Virus record (IMG/VR): IMGVR_UViG_2579778884_000002
DNA: 21,910 nt
Reading direction: 5' to 3' (one strand)
Source: a virus
Lineage: Duplodnaviria > Heunggongvirae > Uroviricota > Caudoviricetes
The notes beneath the pieces were generated by a model. It was not told the origin of the DNA, did not search any database, and worked only from the letters and a program-made list of their open reading frames with translations. Position 1 is the first letter of the stretch. Each line of letters opens with the position of its first letter. Below are positions 20,415-21,910 of the stretch, piece by piece. The position numbers and the translations under genes were made by a program.

Positions 20415-21112
20415 TGCAGGATATCCGGCAGGAAACACTGAATGAATGCACCCGTGCGGAGCAGTCGGCCAGCGTGGTGCTCTGGGAAATCGACCTGACA
20501 GAGGTCGGTGGAGAACGTTATTTTTTCTGTAATGAGCAGAACGAAAAAGGTGAGCCGGTCACCTGGCAGGGGCGACAGTATCAGCCGTATCCCATTCAGG
20601 GGAGCGGTTTTGAACTGAATGGCAAAGGCACCAGTACGCGCCCCACGCTGACGGTTTCTAACCTGTACGGTATGGTCACCGGGATGGCGGAAGATCTGCA
20701 GAGTCTGGTCGGCGGAACGGTGGTCCGGCGTAAGGTTTACGCCCGTTTTCTGGATGCGGTGAACTTCGTCAACGGAAACAGTTATGCCGATCCGGAGCAG
20801 GAGGTGATCAGCCGCTGGCGCATTGAGCAGTGCAGCGAACTGAGCGCGGTGAGTGCCTCCTTTGTACTGTCCACGCCGACGGAAACGGATGGCGCTGTTT
20901 TTCCGGGACGTATCATGCTGGCCAACACCTGCACCTGGACCTATCGCGGTGACGAGTGCGGTTATAGCGGTCCGGCTGTCGCGGATGAATATGACCAGCC
21001 AACGTCCGATATCACGAAGGATAAATGCAGCAAATGCCTGAGCGGTTGTAAGTTCCGCAATAACGTCGGCAACTTTGGCGGCTTCCTTTCCATTAACAAA
21101 CTTTCGCAGTAA
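20414..21112 (+). CDS. L: Minor tail protein L
   Basis: 232 aa, matching recalled lambda gpL, with the C-terminal Cys cluster (CTWTYRGDECGY...CSKCLSGC). Confidence 0.95.
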   Translation: MQDIRQETLNECTRAEQSASVVLWEIDLTEVGGERYFFCNEQNEKGEPVTWQGRQYQPYPIQGSGFELNGKGTSTRPTLTVSNLYGMVTGMAEDLQSLVGGTVVRRKVYARFLDAVNFVNGNSYADPEQEVISRWRIEQCSELSAVSASFVLSTPTETDGAVFPGRIMLANTCTWTYRGDECGYSGPAVADEYDQPTSDITKDKCSKCLSGCKFRNNVGNFGGFLSINKLSQ

Positions 21113-21116
21113 TCCC

Positions 21117-21860
21117 ATGACACAGACAGAATCAGCGATTCTGGCGCACGCCCGGCGATGTGCGCCAGCGGAGTCGTGTGGCTTCGTGGTGAGAACGCCG
21201 AAGGGGGAAAGATATTTTCCCTGCGTGAATATCTCCGGTGAGCCGGAGGCGTATTTCCGGATGTCGCCGGAGGACTGGCTGCGGGCAGAGATGCAGGGTG
21301 AGATTGTGGCGCTGGTCCACAGCCACCCCGGTGGTCTGCCCTGGCTGAGTGAGGCTGACAGGCGGCTGCAGGTGCAGAGCGATTTGCCGTGGTGGCTGGT
21401 CTGCCGGGGTGAGATTCATAAATTCCGCTGTGTGCCGCATCTTACCGGGCGGTGCTTTGAGCACGGGGTGACGGACTGTTACACGCTGTTCCGGGATGCT
21501 TATCATCTGGCGGGGATTGAGATGCCGGATTTTCATCGCGGGGATGACTGGTGGCGTCACGGTCAGAATCTCTATCTGGATAATCTGGAGGCCACAGGGC
21601 TGTATCAGGTGCCGTTGTCATCAGCACAACCGGGCGATGTGCTGCTGTGCTGTTTTGGTTCATCGGTGCCGAATCATGCCGCCATTTACTGTGGTGATGG
21701 CGAGCTGCTGCACCATATTCCTGAACAACTGAGCAAACGAGAGAGGTATACCGACAAATGGCAGCGACGCACACACTCCCTCTGGCGTCACCGGGCATGG
21801 CGCGCATCTGCCTTTACGGGGATTTACAACGATTTGGCCGCCGCCTCAGCCTGTATGTGA
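21117..21860 (+). CDS. K: Tail tip assembly protein K (MPN/JAMM plus NlpC/P60-like domains)
   Basis: 247-aa open frame from the ATG at 21117. JAMM motif HSHPGGLPWLSEAD and NlpC/P60-like DCYTL plus downstream His residues. The 199-aa lambda K I recall corresponds to the internal Met at 21261. Confidence 0.85.
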   Translation: MTQTESAILAHARRCAPAESCGFVVRTPKGERYFPCVNISGEPEAYFRMSPEDWLRAEMQGEIVALVHSHPGGLPWLSEADRRLQVQSDLPWWLVCRGEIHKFRCVPHLTGRCFEHGVTDCYTLFRDAYHLAGIEMPDFHRGDDWWRHGQNLYLDNLEATGLYQVPLSSAQPGDVLLCCFGSSVPNHAAIYCGDGELLHHIPEQLSKRERYTDKWQRRTHSLWRHRAWRASAFTGIYNDLAAASACM

Positions 21861-21910
21861 ACACGGCAGCGGAAGCCATCCGGGCGCTGTCGTTACAGGT
21901 GCCGGGCTTT
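21758..21910 (+). CDS. I: Tail tip assembly protein I, 5' part (continues past the window end)
   Basis: ATG at 21758 in a different frame, overlapping the 3' end of K by 103 nt. Translation MAATHTLPLASPGMARICLYGDLQRFGRRLSLYVNTAAEAIRALSLQVPGF matches the recalled lambda gpI N-terminus. Confidence 0.85.
   Translation, partial: MAATHTLPLASPGMARICLYGDLQRFGRRLSLYVNTAAEAIRALSLQVPGF

Overview
This window is a lambda-like (lambdoid) prophage segment from an enterobacterial genome, running from the nin region through the lysis cassette, the cos site, and the head and tail morphogenesis genes. Identifications rest on recalled phage lambda and E. coli DLP12 protein sequences and on motifs read from the sequence; no database search was run, so identities should be confirmed by alignment. 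Left to right: the 3' end of an IS66-family element (ends about 451) inserted into a minus-strand alpha/beta-hydrolase gene; a DLP12-type nin module (ybcN, ninE, ybcO, rusA, ylcG) with overlapping start/stop codons; a 229-aa cysteine-free protein in the Q antiterminator position; a candidate late promoter and two intrinsic terminators; a lysis cassette with a non-lambda three-TMD holin joined to lambda-type R, Rz and embedded Rz1; bor on the opposite strand; a divergent accessory region carrying a TonB C-terminal-domain lipoprotein and two small minus-strand ORFs; cosN (GGGCGGCGACCT) with cosB; then Nu1, A, W, B, C (with nested Nu3), D, E, FI, FII, Z, U, V, G, the G-T frameshift product, H, M, L, K and the start of I. 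I found no recognisable multi-gene defence system, CRISPR array or tRNA. The most interesting candidates are the accessory genes between bor and cos and the unusual Q-position protein.
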